DNA of 64,000 nt from Candidatus Daviesbacteria bacterium (GTDB lineage: Bacteria > Patescibacteriota > Microgenomatia > Daviesbacterales > UBA10151), in assembly GCA_016195715.1 (NCBI GenBank), contig JACPZA010000010.1, positions 14,307 to 78,306 of the forward strand, written 5' to 3'. The position numbers and the translations under genes were made by a program. Positions 29,454-39,131 of the stretch are shown here, in pieces. Numbering within the stretch: position 1 is the stretch's first letter; every line of letters starts with the position of its first letter. The notes beneath the pieces are model-generated. The model did no database searches and had not been told where the DNA came from. It saw only the letters and a list, made by a program, of their open reading frames with translations.

Positions 29454-30362
29454 TTAATAGTTTTGAGGGGGAGCAAAGATTATAGAGTTAACTGCAAAAG
29501 AAACTCCATTGCTTGATCTGGGAATTGCTGGAATTTGAGAATCAAATTTAGCCAGCACTCTTTCAGCTTCATCTGGAAAGCCAATTTCCCTCATTCTTAG
29601 AATTCCAGCCCTGGTTAATTCAACAATCTCTATTTGAGCTTTACCAGATAATGTATGGCTTAATTTAATTGCTGGTTCAATCATTCCTCCTAGTGAAATT
29701 ATCTCAATATGGTTTTTAACTGCGGGTGTGACTGGTAACAGTTGAGCTTCATAATCAAATATTAACTGACCTCCAAAAATTATACCTGCTTCAAATTTAT
29801 CCATAAACCTAGTGAATAAAGCATCAATATCATCTGGATCTTGAGCAATAAATCTGGAGTATAATTCTCCTAAATATCTTCTCAAGGCTGGATCTTGAAC
29901 ATTTGGCAAAACTCTTCTGAAATGAGTTGGGGCTTCTAAGTTCTTTCTTCTTTTCCCTATGGGAGTATCTCTTTCTGAGCTAGCTACATCATTGCCATTT
30001 TTATCCTTGGTACCAAATTCAGGAACATCATGTTGGGCGATCATTATTTGCAACTGATCTCGGTTAATTTTTCTGCTTAGGGCTGGAAACACGTCTAAAG
30101 ATATGCTTGCTGCTTCTAACATGCCATTTGTGTGCCCAAGATTAGTTTGACGAACACCATTTGATACAAGATAAGCATAAACTGGGTCATGCCAACGATG
30201 AACTCTTCTTAAAGCTTCTTGAAACTCAACTTGTTGGCTGGGAGTTAACGCGAAATTGTAAAACTCTGTAACAGAGGGTAAAAATAAACGTCCAGTATCT
30301 TGTGATTGCTCAAGCATGTTATATAAGTTAGGTATTTTATTCAAAAAACCATTATTATTCAA
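29454..30362 (-). CDS. HD-domain protein, YfbR/5'-nucleotidase-like (likely start 30317)
   Basis: L.RV.RW, H..., HDVPE, DKFEA pattern. Confidence 0.65.
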   Translation of the reverse strand: MNNNGFLNKIPNLYNMLEQSQDTGRLFLPSVTEFYNFALTPSQQVEFQEALRRVHRWHDPVYAYLVSNGVRQTNLGHTNGMLEAASISLDVFPALSRKINRDQLQIMIAQHDVPEFGTKDKNGNDVASSERDTPIGKRRKNLEAPTHFRRVLPNVQDPALRRYLGELYSRFIAQDPDDIDALFTRFMDKFEAGIIFGGQLIFDYEAQLLPVTPAVKNHIEIISLGGMIEPAIKLSHTLSGKAQIEIVELTRAGILRMREIGFPDEAERVLAKFDSQIPAIPRSSNGVSFAVNSIIFAPPQNY

Positions 30363-30437
30363 GAGATTTAGGCATTTTCTTACACTTTAGTCTATAGTAT
30401 TTGACAAGCATATTGATAAGATAGATAATTGTAAGGT

Positions 30438-30896
30438 ATGCTAGAAGCTATAGGATGTGCATCAGAAAGGATGTTTTGTGAGATTCTTAGTAGGGCAACT
30501 CCAAAAGGTCAAACTCCCGAGGTATTTGTTAAAAACACTTTAAGAGGAGCCACTTTAGGAGAAAAACCTATTATCAACCCATCTGACCTTTTCGTAGTTA
30601 TTGGTTGTAATGGGCAAAATAATACTATGGCTGTAGTTAAGTCATTCCCTACATCAGAAGAAGCAATACAATATACGAATCAACTAAATTCTAGTGGCGC
30701 TGAAGGTTTAGTATATCCAGCTGATCAAAAAATATTTGAAGATGCAGCTGTTTTATATCATCCAGCTACTCAAGTAGGTGAACTTTTACATATTGCCCCT
30801 ACCAAACCTGAAAAAGATAGTTGTCCATCTGTAGCTTATAGAAATCTAGCTGAAATGCTAGCTTCACCGCAACACGAAATTGTTGGTATAATTTAA
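30438..30896 (+). CDS. hypothetical protein (orphan)
   Basis: 152-aa ORF with TTGACA-17-GATAAT promoter 8 nt upstream. Confidence 0.65.
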   Translation: MLEAIGCASERMFCEILSRATPKGQTPEVFVKNTLRGATLGEKPIINPSDLFVVIGCNGQNNTMAVVKSFPTSEEAIQYTNQLNSSGAEGLVYPADQKIFEDAAVLYHPATQVGELLHIAPTKPEKDSCPSVAYRNLAEMLASPQHEIVGII

Positions 30897-30899
30897 ATC

Positions 30900-31430
30900 A
30901 TGGAAACAGCGGTTTTTGGGGGAGGGTGTTTTTGGTGTACAGAAGCAATTTTTAAAAGAGTTAGGGGAGTTGAATCTGTAACTTCTGGTTATGCTGGTGG
31001 GAGGATGGATAAGCCAAATTATTTAAAAATTGTTATGGGTGATGTAGATCACGCTGAGGTCGTTAAGATAGAGTTTAATCCAAAAATTATTTCCTATGAA
31101 GATTTATTAGATATTTTTTGGCATGTCCATGATCCTACTACTTTAAACAGGCAGGGCTATGATGTTGGGACTCAATACCGATCTGTAATTCTATACAATT
31201 CTGAGGAACAAAAAATTAAAGCTGAGGAATCTTTGAAGAAGATAAGTAAATCAGGAGAGTTTAAAGATCCAATTGTTACTAAAATTGAGGAATTAGATAA
31301 ATTTTATGATGCAGAGTCTTATCATAAAAACTTTTATGAAAATAATCCTGATAAACCTTATTGTCAACTAGTTATTGTGCCTAAAATTCAAAAGTTTTTA
31401 GAAAAATATGCTGATAGAGTTAAAAATTAA
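30900..31430 (+). CDS. msrA: peptide-methionine (S)-S-oxide reductase
   Basis: GCFWCTE, RQG.DVGTQYRS, AE.YH. Confidence 0.97.
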   Translation: METAVFGGGCFWCTEAIFKRVRGVESVTSGYAGGRMDKPNYLKIVMGDVDHAEVVKIEFNPKIISYEDLLDIFWHVHDPTTLNRQGYDVGTQYRSVILYNSEEQKIKAEESLKKISKSGEFKDPIVTKIEELDKFYDAESYHKNFYENNPDKPYCQLVIVPKIQKFLEKYADRVKN

Positions 31431-31431
31431 G

Positions 31432-33219
31432 TTATCTTGTCCCGTTTAAATCAACTTTTCTAATCCGAATATTTTTGGGAGTGACTTCTACTAATTCTGT
31501 ATCATTAATATATTCAAGCGCATCTTCTAAACTCATTAGTTTAGGGGAGGTTAAATGTTCAGCTGCCTCACCTTTAGATCTGTGGTTTGTTAGATGTTTT
31601 TCTTTACAAACATTAACACTGATATCTCCTACTCTGGCACTTTGACCAACAACCTGACCCTTATAAACAGAAGTTGCAGCACCTAAAAAAAGTAAACCAC
31701 GATCTTGGACAGAGATTAATCCATAAGTTTTTGTAACACCTGTTTCATGTACAACCAGTGAGCCATTATCTCTGGCAAAAGAAGTTAAGGAATCTGGGGC
31801 AAATTCATAAAAGTTAGCACTAATTATCCCCAGTCCCTTAGAATCAGTAATAAATTCACTGCGATAGCCAAACAGTTCTTTAGTTGCGATAATAAACTCC
31901 ATTGTTACCACTCCATTTTCACTAGTCATATCTTGCAACTTGCCATGTCTTAAACCCATTTTTTGCATAACTACTCCTGAAAACTCTTCTGGAACCTCAA
32001 TATAAACCCGCTCATATGGAGTTAAAATTTTTCCATCAATCTTTTTTTCAATCACTTGAGGTCTGGAAACTTGAAACTCATAACCTTCTCTGCGCAACCT
32101 TTCTATCAAAATTGCTAAATGCAACTCACCTCGTCCAGAAACAACCCAACCTCCGTTTGGGCTATCTTCAACTCTTAGCGCGACATCATTCTCCAAAGCC
32201 CTGTATAACCTTTCCTGAATTTGGCGGGAGGTTTTAAACTCACCTTCTTTGCCTGCAAAAGGGGAAGTATTGACTCCAAAAGTCATTTTAACTGTTGGTT
32301 CCTCAATGGAAATTAAAGGCAGAGCCACTGTCTCTAAATTATCTGCAATAGTTTCTCCAATGGTAATATCCGGTACACCCGAGATAGCCACGATATCTCC
32401 AGCTAAAGCTTCTAAACAATCGACTCTTTCTAAACCTTCAAAACTCATTAAAGAAGTTAGTCGATATTTATTTTTAATTCCCTCTCTATTGATATGAATA
32501 ATCTCTTGGCCTGATCTGATTTTACCATTCATAATCCTTCCAGTTGCAATTCGGCCTTTAAAATTATCATAAGCAGTTGAGGTAATTAACATCTGCAAGG
32601 GTTTATTTTCATCACCTGATGGGGGAGGGATATATTTTAAAATTGCCTCAAAAATTGGGGTGATATCAGTCATTTGTTTTAAATCAGACTTTTCTCCAGC
32701 TAGTCCGGATTTTCCTGAAGAATAAACAATTGGAAAAAAAGCAGCTGATTCATCAGCACCTAGTTCTAAAAACAGATCAAAAGTTTTATTAATAACAAAG
32801 TCAACTCTGGCATCTGGTTTATCAATTTTATTGATCACCACAATAATTTTTAAACCCAATTTGATCGCTTGTTTTAGTACAAAGCGGGTTTGGGGCATTG
32901 GTCCCTCTTTAGCATCAACAAGTAGTAAGCAACCATCAGTTAATTTTAAAACCCGCTCAACTTCGCCGCCAAAATCAGCATGTCCTGGCGTATCCACAAT
33001 ATTAATTTTTATGCCTTTGTAATTAACTGAGGCATTTTTAGAAAAAATAGTAATTCCCCGCTCTTTTTCCAATTCATTGCTATCCATGATTAAACTAGTA
33101 TTGACTAATTCTTTTTTTAGCTTAGTTTGAGTTTGTTTAAGTAAAGCATCAACTAAGGTAGTTTTGCCGTGATCAACGTGCGCAATAATAGCGACATTTC
33201 GAATATTATTCATGACCAT
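31432..33219 (-). CDS. typA: translational GTPase TypA/BipA
   Basis: AHVDHGKTTL, ERGITI, DTPGHADFGGEVER, GRGELHL. Confidence 0.97.
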   Translation of the reverse strand: MVMNNIRNVAIIAHVDHGKTTLVDALLKQTQTKLKKELVNTSLIMDSNELEKERGITIFSKNASVNYKGIKINIVDTPGHADFGGEVERVLKLTDGCLLLVDAKEGPMPQTRFVLKQAIKLGLKIIVVINKIDKPDARVDFVINKTFDLFLELGADESAAFFPIVYSSGKSGLAGEKSDLKQMTDITPIFEAILKYIPPPSGDENKPLQMLITSTAYDNFKGRIATGRIMNGKIRSGQEIIHINREGIKNKYRLTSLMSFEGLERVDCLEALAGDIVAISGVPDITIGETIADNLETVALPLISIEEPTVKMTFGVNTSPFAGKEGEFKTSRQIQERLYRALENDVALRVEDSPNGGWVVSGRGELHLAILIERLRREGYEFQVSRPQVIEKKIDGKILTPYERVYIEVPEEFSGVVMQKMGLRHGKLQDMTSENGVVTMEFIIATKELFGYRSEFITDSKGLGIISANFYEFAPDSLTSFARDNGSLVVHETGVTKTYGLISVQDRGLLFLGAATSVYKGQVVGQSARVGDISVNVCKEKHLTNHRSKGEAAEHLTSPKLMSLEDALEYINDTELVEVTPKNIRIRKVDLNGTR

Positions 33220-33406
33220 TAATTATACATGATTTATAAATAGAATGTAACTATAGGATCTTAAATATTCCTAGGTTGTAGTTTGAGTGTAAAGCTGCCA
33301 TACTTAAGTTTAGTCTTACTGTTAATGTCAGCAATTAGAATTAATTTTCTTCAGAAATACTCTCATTAAAAGCCTAGATTGAAAAATTTAAAGGCGGTGA
33401 ATTTAT

Positions 33407-33736
33407 ATAACTAAATTATTTGTCGGTGGAATTCCTTATTCAATGACCAATCAGCAGCTGGAAGAGATGTTTACCAAATTTGGCAGTGTTCAATCAGTTA
33501 AAATTATTGTTGATTTATATACTGGAAATAGTAAAGGTTTTGCTTTTGTAGAAATGGCTAGTGATGATGAAGCCCAGGAAGCTATTAAACAATTAAATGG
33601 GTTTGGAATTGAAGGTCGGAAAATGGGTGTGTCAGTAGCTAAACCAAAAGAAGATCACCAAAACAGAAGTAACTTTCGCAGTGATAACTCAAGAGGAAGT
33701 AGAAGTAATTTTTTAAGAGGAAGTAATCGAAGATAA
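33407..33736 (+). CDS. RRM (RNP-1) RNA-binding protein, probable ATA start
   Basis: KGFAFVEM RNP-1; RNP-2 KLFVGGIP is encoded upstream of the first ATG (33443). Confidence 0.9.
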   Translation: MTKLFVGGIPYSMTNQQLEEMFTKFGSVQSVKIIVDLYTGNSKGFAFVEMASDDEAQEAIKQLNGFGIEGRKMGVSVAKPKEDHQNRSNFRSDNSRGSRSNFLRGSNRR

Positions 33737-33760
33737 CTTTTTAAAAGAAAGGAAGTAAAT

Positions 33761-34057
33761 TTGAAGCTAGTTACCAATTTTAGACAAAACCATTCCAGAA
33801 TCGTCAATCAAGAAAAATTTGAGGAAAGGGAAACTTGGCATAAACTAGTAGTTAAAGTTATTTTATGGAAGGGGGAATCATCAATTGACAGTCCCCGTAA
33901 GTTAGTTGATAAAATTACTACTAAAGAATGGCGAACATATTGCAGGCGAACTGTTAAAATTAATATTGTTCTAGGTCGAAAAATTGTTTCTGCTAATTTA
34001 AAAGAGCTTTGGAAAGTAATTAGTAAAAATAAGGGCTTTGAGGATTTAGAAAGCTAA
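33761..34057 (+). CDS. hypothetical basic protein
   Basis: 98-aa ORF, TTG start after gaaaggaag. Confidence 0.45.
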   Translation: MKLVTNFRQNHSRIVNQEKFEERETWHKLVVKVILWKGESSIDSPRKLVDKITTKEWRTYCRRTVKINIVLGRKIVSANLKELWKVISKNKGFEDLES

Positions 34058-34759
34058 TTTTGCTAAAAAATCTATAAATATTAGAGCGATTTCTTTGTTG
34101 GCAGCCAAATTTGGATGAGAATCAAAAGGATTTACCCGACAAAAGTCTTTTCTTAATGTATTAGTAATTCCATCTGACAGTAAATTAAATAAATCAAACA
34201 CTTTTAAATTTCTTCTTCTTTCTAAAAACTGTCCGGATTTAAGCCAATCAGCAAATTCTTTTGCTTTTCTAGCATATTCTGGTTTGGTTAAAAAACTCCT
34301 AAGCGGTGGGGGAGTAAATAAAATAAATAATTTATTGGGGAATTTATCTGTTCTTTTTCTAATTTTTAAATAATTTTTTTTATAATCTTCAAGCTGAGAT
34401 TGACTGGAAATTTTTGTAACTGGGTAACAAGATTTTAAAATTATCACATCATATTTAATTAAATGACTAAAGGTATTTCTAGCAGGATTGGTAACAAGTT
34501 GAGAAAAAATTTCTGCTAGACCATCTGGGTTAGTATTATTTTTTGGGATTGCGTAATCAGTTTTAGTGATAAAGCTTTTATCATCAGTTAAACCAGTATG
34601 GTTGAAAAGTGCAAATTTATGAAAAAATAAATTATAATTATGATCCCAAAATTCAAAATCAGGTAATTTTAGTTTTAAATGCTCCCTTAAAGCGCCTTCT
34701 TTAATTAAATTCGCTCCAACAGAGTGATGTAAAAAAATAATTTTTTTAGCTGGGGACAT
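34046..34759 (-). CDS. hypothetical protein (possible SGNH-like fold)
   Basis: IIFLHHSVG..KSC..PPP..DSHPN pattern. Confidence 0.7.
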   Translation of the reverse strand: MSPAKKIIFLHHSVGANLIKEGALREHLKLKLPDFEFWDHNYNLFFHKFALFNHTGLTDDKSFITKTDYAIPKNNTNPDGLAEIFSQLVTNPARNTFSHLIKYDVIILKSCYPVTKISSQSQLEDYKKNYLKIRKRTDKFPNKLFILFTPPPLRSFLTKPEYARKAKEFADWLKSGQFLERRRNLKVFDLFNLLSDGITNTLRKDFCRVNPFDSHPNLAANKEIALIFIDFLAKLAF

Positions 34760-34787
34760 AGTAGATATAATAACAAATTAGCAAAGA

Positions 34788-35132
34788 TTATTTAGAAGTT
34801 GGAATATTGGTAGGTATAGCAGCTACTTGAGTTTCAATAACATGGATTAGTTGAGGGTTAAATTCAGATCCTGGACTTTGAACATCAACATATTGTTCTT
34901 GCAGATACTGAGGTTCAATAGTTGCAGTTACGGTTCTGGAGAGTCTATTGGGTTTTGGTCTGCTAGTGCTGTTTGTCAAATGATTTTGTAGTCCTACCTC
35001 ATAACCTATTATCAGAGTTCCACTGGTGAGTACTCCTAAAATTGCTAAGGCTCCTAAAAGTCTGTTTCTTAATGGGTGATTAGAGAATTGAGTTGTTTGG
35101 GGAGGTCTTGGCCTCTCCAGGTTTCTTCTCAT
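34788..35132 (-). CDS. hypothetical single-TM protein (orphan)
   Basis: 114 aa with one hydrophobic helix; starts 7 nt after tRNA-Glu. Confidence 0.6.
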   Translation of the reverse strand: MRRNLERPRPPQTTQFSNHPLRNRLLGALAILGVLTSGTLIIGYEVGLQNHLTNSTSRPKPNRLSRTVTATIEPQYLQEQYVDVQSPGSEFNPQLIHVIETQVAAIPTNIPTSK

Positions 35133-35139
35133 AACAAAG

Positions 35140-35213
35140 CAGCGCCAGCGGGAGTCGAACCCGCGATTCCTGGGATGAAAACCCAGTGTCCTAGGCCTCT
35201 AGACGATGGCGCC
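35140..35213 (-). tRNA. tRNA-Glu(TTC), CCA not encoded
   Basis: GGCGCCA/TGGCGCT acceptor stem, CTGGG-TTTTCAT-CCCAG anticodon arm, GGTTCGACTCC T arm. Confidence 0.96.
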
Positions 35214-35351
35214 ATCTTTGGAATTTTAACATTTATAGCCAGCTAGTGTAAACTCAATCAGATTTTTCAGGAATTTAAATTGAATTAGGCTTGTGTTGTT
35301 GATACAATAACAACTTGCCAGCGATCTGCTTTTTACAAAATCGTTGGGTAC

Positions 35352-35426
35352 GGCCCGATAGCTCAGCGGTAGAGCAGAAGCCTTTTAAGCTTTTGGTCCA
35401 GGGTTCGAATCCCTGTCGGGTCACCA
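35352..35426 (+). tRNA. tRNA-Lys(TTT), CCA encoded
   Basis: GGCCCGA/TCGGGTC acceptor stem, TAGCTCAG, CTTTTAA loop, GGTTCGAATCC. Confidence 0.96.
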
Positions 35427-35640
35427 ACGTGGACGCTCTGTCCACAAAATGCAAGAATGGATTGATACAACGGTCCAATCTCGCAGTTCGAAATACCTGG
35501 ATAGCTCCATGCCATTCCAGAGGGAAGTATAGTTAATATTATAATTTATTGCAAACTATGAGTTATAAATTTTTAGAATTTTCCAAAGAACTAAACTCTC
35601 CCTTGTAATTTAGTCAGCTAGTTATTAACCTAATATTTAC

Positions 35641-36105
35641 ATGAATACAATTTTGGTGGGAATTTTATTTTTTGTAGTGATTATTTTAAGCTTAGGATTT
35701 TTAAGAACAGAACAAATTCAAAAAAGCTCAAATGAAAGTTTATTTTTAAAGGGTCAATTACCAAGACCTGCTTTAAATGGTTTTTATAAAGGTCAAGCTC
35801 AAATTATGGGTCCTTGGAAAGGCAAAAGTTTTGATAGTTCCTCCTCATCCGGAATTAATATAATTAATACTTTTAATAATACTTCCCCAATTTTTCCATT
35901 TAAAACTTATTCTGGTAAAGCTTTGCTTGATCCTAATTTAGAAGTTTTAAAAATTGATTATAATATTTCTAGCAACCCTTTTTGGGTAAGGTTAGTTGTG
36001 GATGAGTTAGTCCAAATTGCACCCAATCAGTATTTAGGTAAAGCAATTTTAAGGTTAGTTCCCAACCTACCCTTTGGCTTAATGTATTTTAGATTAGAGA
36101 AATGA
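35641..36105 (+). CDS. hypothetical membrane-anchored protein
   Basis: N-terminal TM; W.GK.F..IDY..NP..DEL..YLGK pattern. Confidence 0.75.
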   Translation: MNTILVGILFFVVIILSLGFLRTEQIQKSSNESLFLKGQLPRPALNGFYKGQAQIMGPWKGKSFDSSSSSGINIINTFNNTSPIFPFKTYSGKALLDPNLEVLKIDYNISSNPFWVRLVVDELVQIAPNQYLGKAILRLVPNLPFGLMYFRLEK

Positions 36106-36191
36106 ACAGTTCCTGGCCAATTATTATCTTTGTGATTTTGATAGTTTGTTTAGCTTTATTTATTGCCAACAACTCTGCTTTTAAACTTTAA
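36102..36191 (+). CDS. 29-aa small membrane protein (not in ORF track)
   Basis: MNSSWPIIIFVILIVCLALFIANNSAFKL; ATGA overlap with the upstream stop. Confidence 0.5.
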   Translation: MNSSWPIIIFVILIVCLALFIANNSAFKL

Positions 36192-36198
36192 ATACAAT

Positions 36199-36990
36199 TT
36201 AAGGAGCTTGCCAACTCATATCATCAGGAAACTGAAAAATATTCTCGTTTCTAATTCTTAAAAGTGCTAAATAAGAAAGGAGTATAAAGTTATAAATAAC
36301 TAAAAAACCCAAATAATAAGTTCCAAAACTAGTTTGAGCTAAGGGGATTTTAGCTAAAAATAAAGTTAAAGACAGCACAAATAAAGAAAATAGTGCCACA
36401 GGGATTTGAAATATGGCAGTTTTGTTTCTAATTAGTGAATAAGAATAAACAATCCCACCCAGCGATCCAACAACTAGTAAAGTTCGGGTATGGTGATTAA
36501 TAGTTTGACCTGATGACATATCAATAAAACACAAAATTAGAAAAGCGACAATCCAACCAGAATACATTAAAATATGACTAATTGGGTGATGAAAAAGATT
36601 CATAGCTACCAACTGAGTTCGAAAAAACTCGGATTTAGTTAGCTCTGGGATAGTATAAGCTTTTAGAACAATTGAAGTGATATAAATCCCTGCTCCATAT
36701 AAAGTTAACCCAACGCAAAGTAAAAAAAGTACACTAAAAACCCAAATTTGAGTTGAAAAAACTTTAGTATTAACAAGTAAAACAACTAGCAGTGAAGCTA
36801 ACTGAGCATTAGCAATAATATTTGAGACAATATTAAAAACTGTCAGCTTAATGATCCGCTTTTTGGAAGGATGAAACTTAGAGTTCTTAGGTCGTTGCTC
36901 CATTCTTTTATCCCGAAAATAAAAGTAAAGCGGAGTATAAATTAGGATACTTAAAGTCACTCCAAACAAAGAAACTTCTTTTAGATCCAT
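36199..36990 (-). CDS. multi-pass membrane protein
   Basis: about 7 hydrophobic segments. Confidence 0.75.
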   Translation of the reverse strand: MDLKEVSLFGVTLSILIYTPLYFYFRDKRMEQRPKNSKFHPSKKRIIKLTVFNIVSNIIANAQLASLLVVLLVNTKVFSTQIWVFSVLFLLCVGLTLYGAGIYITSIVLKAYTIPELTKSEFFRTQLVAMNLFHHPISHILMYSGWIVAFLILCFIDMSSGQTINHHTRTLLVVGSLGGIVYSYSLIRNKTAIFQIPVALFSLFVLSLTLFLAKIPLAQTSFGTYYLGFLVIYNFILLSYLALLRIRNENIFQFPDDMSWQAP

Positions 36991-37064
36991 AACTAATTTG
37001 TACCAAATTAATACCTCTTTGGCAACTTGTCTAAACTTAAAGCTTTCAGTAAAATTTTAAAACA

Positions 37065-38018
37065 ATGAACTTACTTGATTTAGTTATTATCTTAACTTTT
37101 TTTCTTTTTACCATTCAAAGTTTTAACAGTAACTTTTTATCAGAATTTATAAGTTTGGGAAGTTTTCTACTAGCATTTTTTATTTCTGTCGGGCTTTATG
37201 ATAAAACTAGCATTTTTTTTGAAAATTATGTTAAATTACCTCATTCGATTGCTCTAATTACCAGTTTTATTATTATTTGGTTTTTAGGAGAATTAGTTTT
37301 AGTTCTAATCTTAGAAATTATATTAAATCAACCTTTTCTGAAAAAATTTTTTCAGAAACTAAACTTTTTGAGGTTCCTACTGAGTGCAATTAGAGCTTTA
37401 ATTTTTATTGCAATTTTACTAATAGTTATAGCAAGTTTTCCTATTCAACCAAAATTAAAGCAAACTGTTACAAGTTCCAAACTTGGTTCAATAATTCTTT
37501 CTCAAACTCAAAATTTAGAGAGTCCATTTAAAAATTTACTTGGTCAAATTTCACAAGATGGATTTGGTTTTATTACTACCGAACCAGATTCTAATAAAAT
37601 AATTGATCTTGGTTTTAAAACTAATGATTTCTCACCAAATGAAAAACTAGAACAGCAAATGATAGATCTAGTTAATAAGGAAAGATCAAGCAGGGGCTTA
37701 AAAATTCTAATTTTTGATTCTAAACTGAAGGATTTGGCAAGGAAACACAGCAGTGACATGTTTGAAAGAGGCTATTTTGGACATTTTTCGCCTGAGGGAG
37801 AAGATGTTTCAGATCGGGCGGCTAAATATCAGATAAACTATTTGGTTATTGGTGAGAATTTAGCTTATGCACCTAATTTGTTACTTGCTCATAATGGATT
37901 GATGAACTCTCCTGGACATAGAGCTAATATTTTATCTAAAGACTTTGCTAAAATAGGAATTGGTATTGAAGATGGTAGTGAATTTGGTTTAATGATAACC
38001 CAGGTCTTTACGAATTGA
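37065..38018 (+). CDS. CvpA-family membrane domain fused to CAP/SCP domain
   Basis: MNLLDLVI CvpA-like start; VNKER..HS.DM..YFGH..GENLA..SPGHRANIL. Confidence 0.88.
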   Translation: MNLLDLVIILTFFLFTIQSFNSNFLSEFISLGSFLLAFFISVGLYDKTSIFFENYVKLPHSIALITSFIIIWFLGELVLVLILEIILNQPFLKKFFQKLNFLRFLLSAIRALIFIAILLIVIASFPIQPKLKQTVTSSKLGSIILSQTQNLESPFKNLLGQISQDGFGFITTEPDSNKIIDLGFKTNDFSPNEKLEQQMIDLVNKERSSRGLKILIFDSKLKDLARKHSSDMFERGYFGHFSPEGEDVSDRAAKYQINYLVIGENLAYAPNLLLAHNGLMNSPGHRANILSKDFAKIGIGIEDGSEFGLMITQVFTN

Positions 38019-38019
38019 G

Positions 38020-38622
38020 ATGAAAAACCAACAAATAAAGCTGCTAGTTTTATCAATCTTAACTTTAGGTTTAAGCTCTTACTTTTTTTATCAAGGCTTG
38101 GTAGCGTCCCCTAATCTAGTTCAAAAACAACCTTCTCAAAACTTAGCTCAACTACCAAGCAGCTCAAGCGTTCTAGGCAGTAGCTCCTCAGCAAATTTGG
38201 CAAACTTAGAGCAAGTAAAGGTAACCAGAGTGATTGATGGGGATACTATTGAAGTGGAAATAAATGGAGAATTAAAAAAACTGCGTTACATTGGTGTCAA
38301 TACTCCAGAAACAGTTGATCCCAGACGTCCAGTTCAATGTTTTGGAAAAGAGGCATCAGCAGAAAATAAGCGCTTGCTTGAAGAAAAGTCGGTTTACTTG
38401 GAAAAAGATATATCTGAAACTGATAAATATGGACGATTACTACGCTATGTTTATTTACCACTTAGTGATGGGTCAGTAGTTTTTATTAATGATTATTTAG
38501 TTAGACAAGGCTTTGCCTATGCATCGACTTTTCCACCTGATGTTAAATATCAAGATAAATTTTTAGTTTCTCAAAAAGAAGCCAGTGATAATTTACGAGG
38601 TTTGTGGTTAAAATGTAAATAA
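38020..38622 (+). CDS. thermonuclease (SNase) family protein, membrane-anchored
   Basis: VIDGDT, RYIGVNTPE, DKYGRLLRY, GLW. Confidence 0.93.
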   Translation: MKNQQIKLLVLSILTLGLSSYFFYQGLVASPNLVQKQPSQNLAQLPSSSSVLGSSSSANLANLEQVKVTRVIDGDTIEVEINGELKKLRYIGVNTPETVDPRRPVQCFGKEASAENKRLLEEKSVYLEKDISETDKYGRLLRYVYLPLSDGSVVFINDYLVRQGFAYASTFPPDVKYQDKFLVSQKEASDNLRGLWLKCK

Positions 38623-38625
38623 GTA

Positions 38626-39129
38626 ATGGATAAAAAATTTGCAATCCAAATAATTGGACTAGTAATATTAATTTTTGCTGGTTTTTTAATAACTAAAAAT
38701 CCGACAGTAGTAAACAATGCACTTGCACCTTTGGGTGGACCTAACCAACCAGTTAATATGGTTAAGCTTAAGGTTAAAGATGCAGTTGTGAATGCAGAAA
38801 TTGCTGATACTCAAGCTAAAAGAGCTAAAGGATTATCAGGGCGAGATAGTTTAGCTTCAGATTCAGGAATGTTATTTTTATATGAAAAGCCTGGAAATTA
38901 TATTTTTTGGATGAAAGGGATGAAATTTTCTTTGGATTTTATCTGGATTAAGGGTGATAGTGTTGTTGATTTAACTGAAAATGTTTCTCCACCACAACCT
39001 GGACAAACAGATGCTCAACTTACTAGATACCAAGCTAGCGAACCCATAGATAAAATCTTAGAAGTTAATAGTGGGTTTGTAAAACAAAAAGGTATTAATA
39101 TTAATGATAAACTATCAGTAGTTAAGTAA
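38626..39129 (+). CDS. DUF192 family protein
   Basis: EIADT..RAKGLSGR..GMLF..FWMKGMKFSLD..LEV. Confidence 0.9.
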   Translation: MDKKFAIQIIGLVILIFAGFLITKNPTVVNNALAPLGGPNQPVNMVKLKVKDAVVNAEIADTQAKRAKGLSGRDSLASDSGMLFLYEKPGNYIFWMKGMKFSLDFIWIKGDSVVDLTENVSPPQPGQTDAQLTRYQASEPIDKILEVNSGFVKQKGININDKLSVVK

Positions 39130-39131
39130 AG

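Noticed and set aside
33287-33296. gtgtaaagct matching one arm of the RAYT hairpin
   Set aside because: Only 10 nt with no opposing arm; could be chance.
35275-35536. ORFs 35275..35478 (-) and 35315..35536 (+)
   Set aside because: They overlap tRNA-Lys; shadow ORFs.
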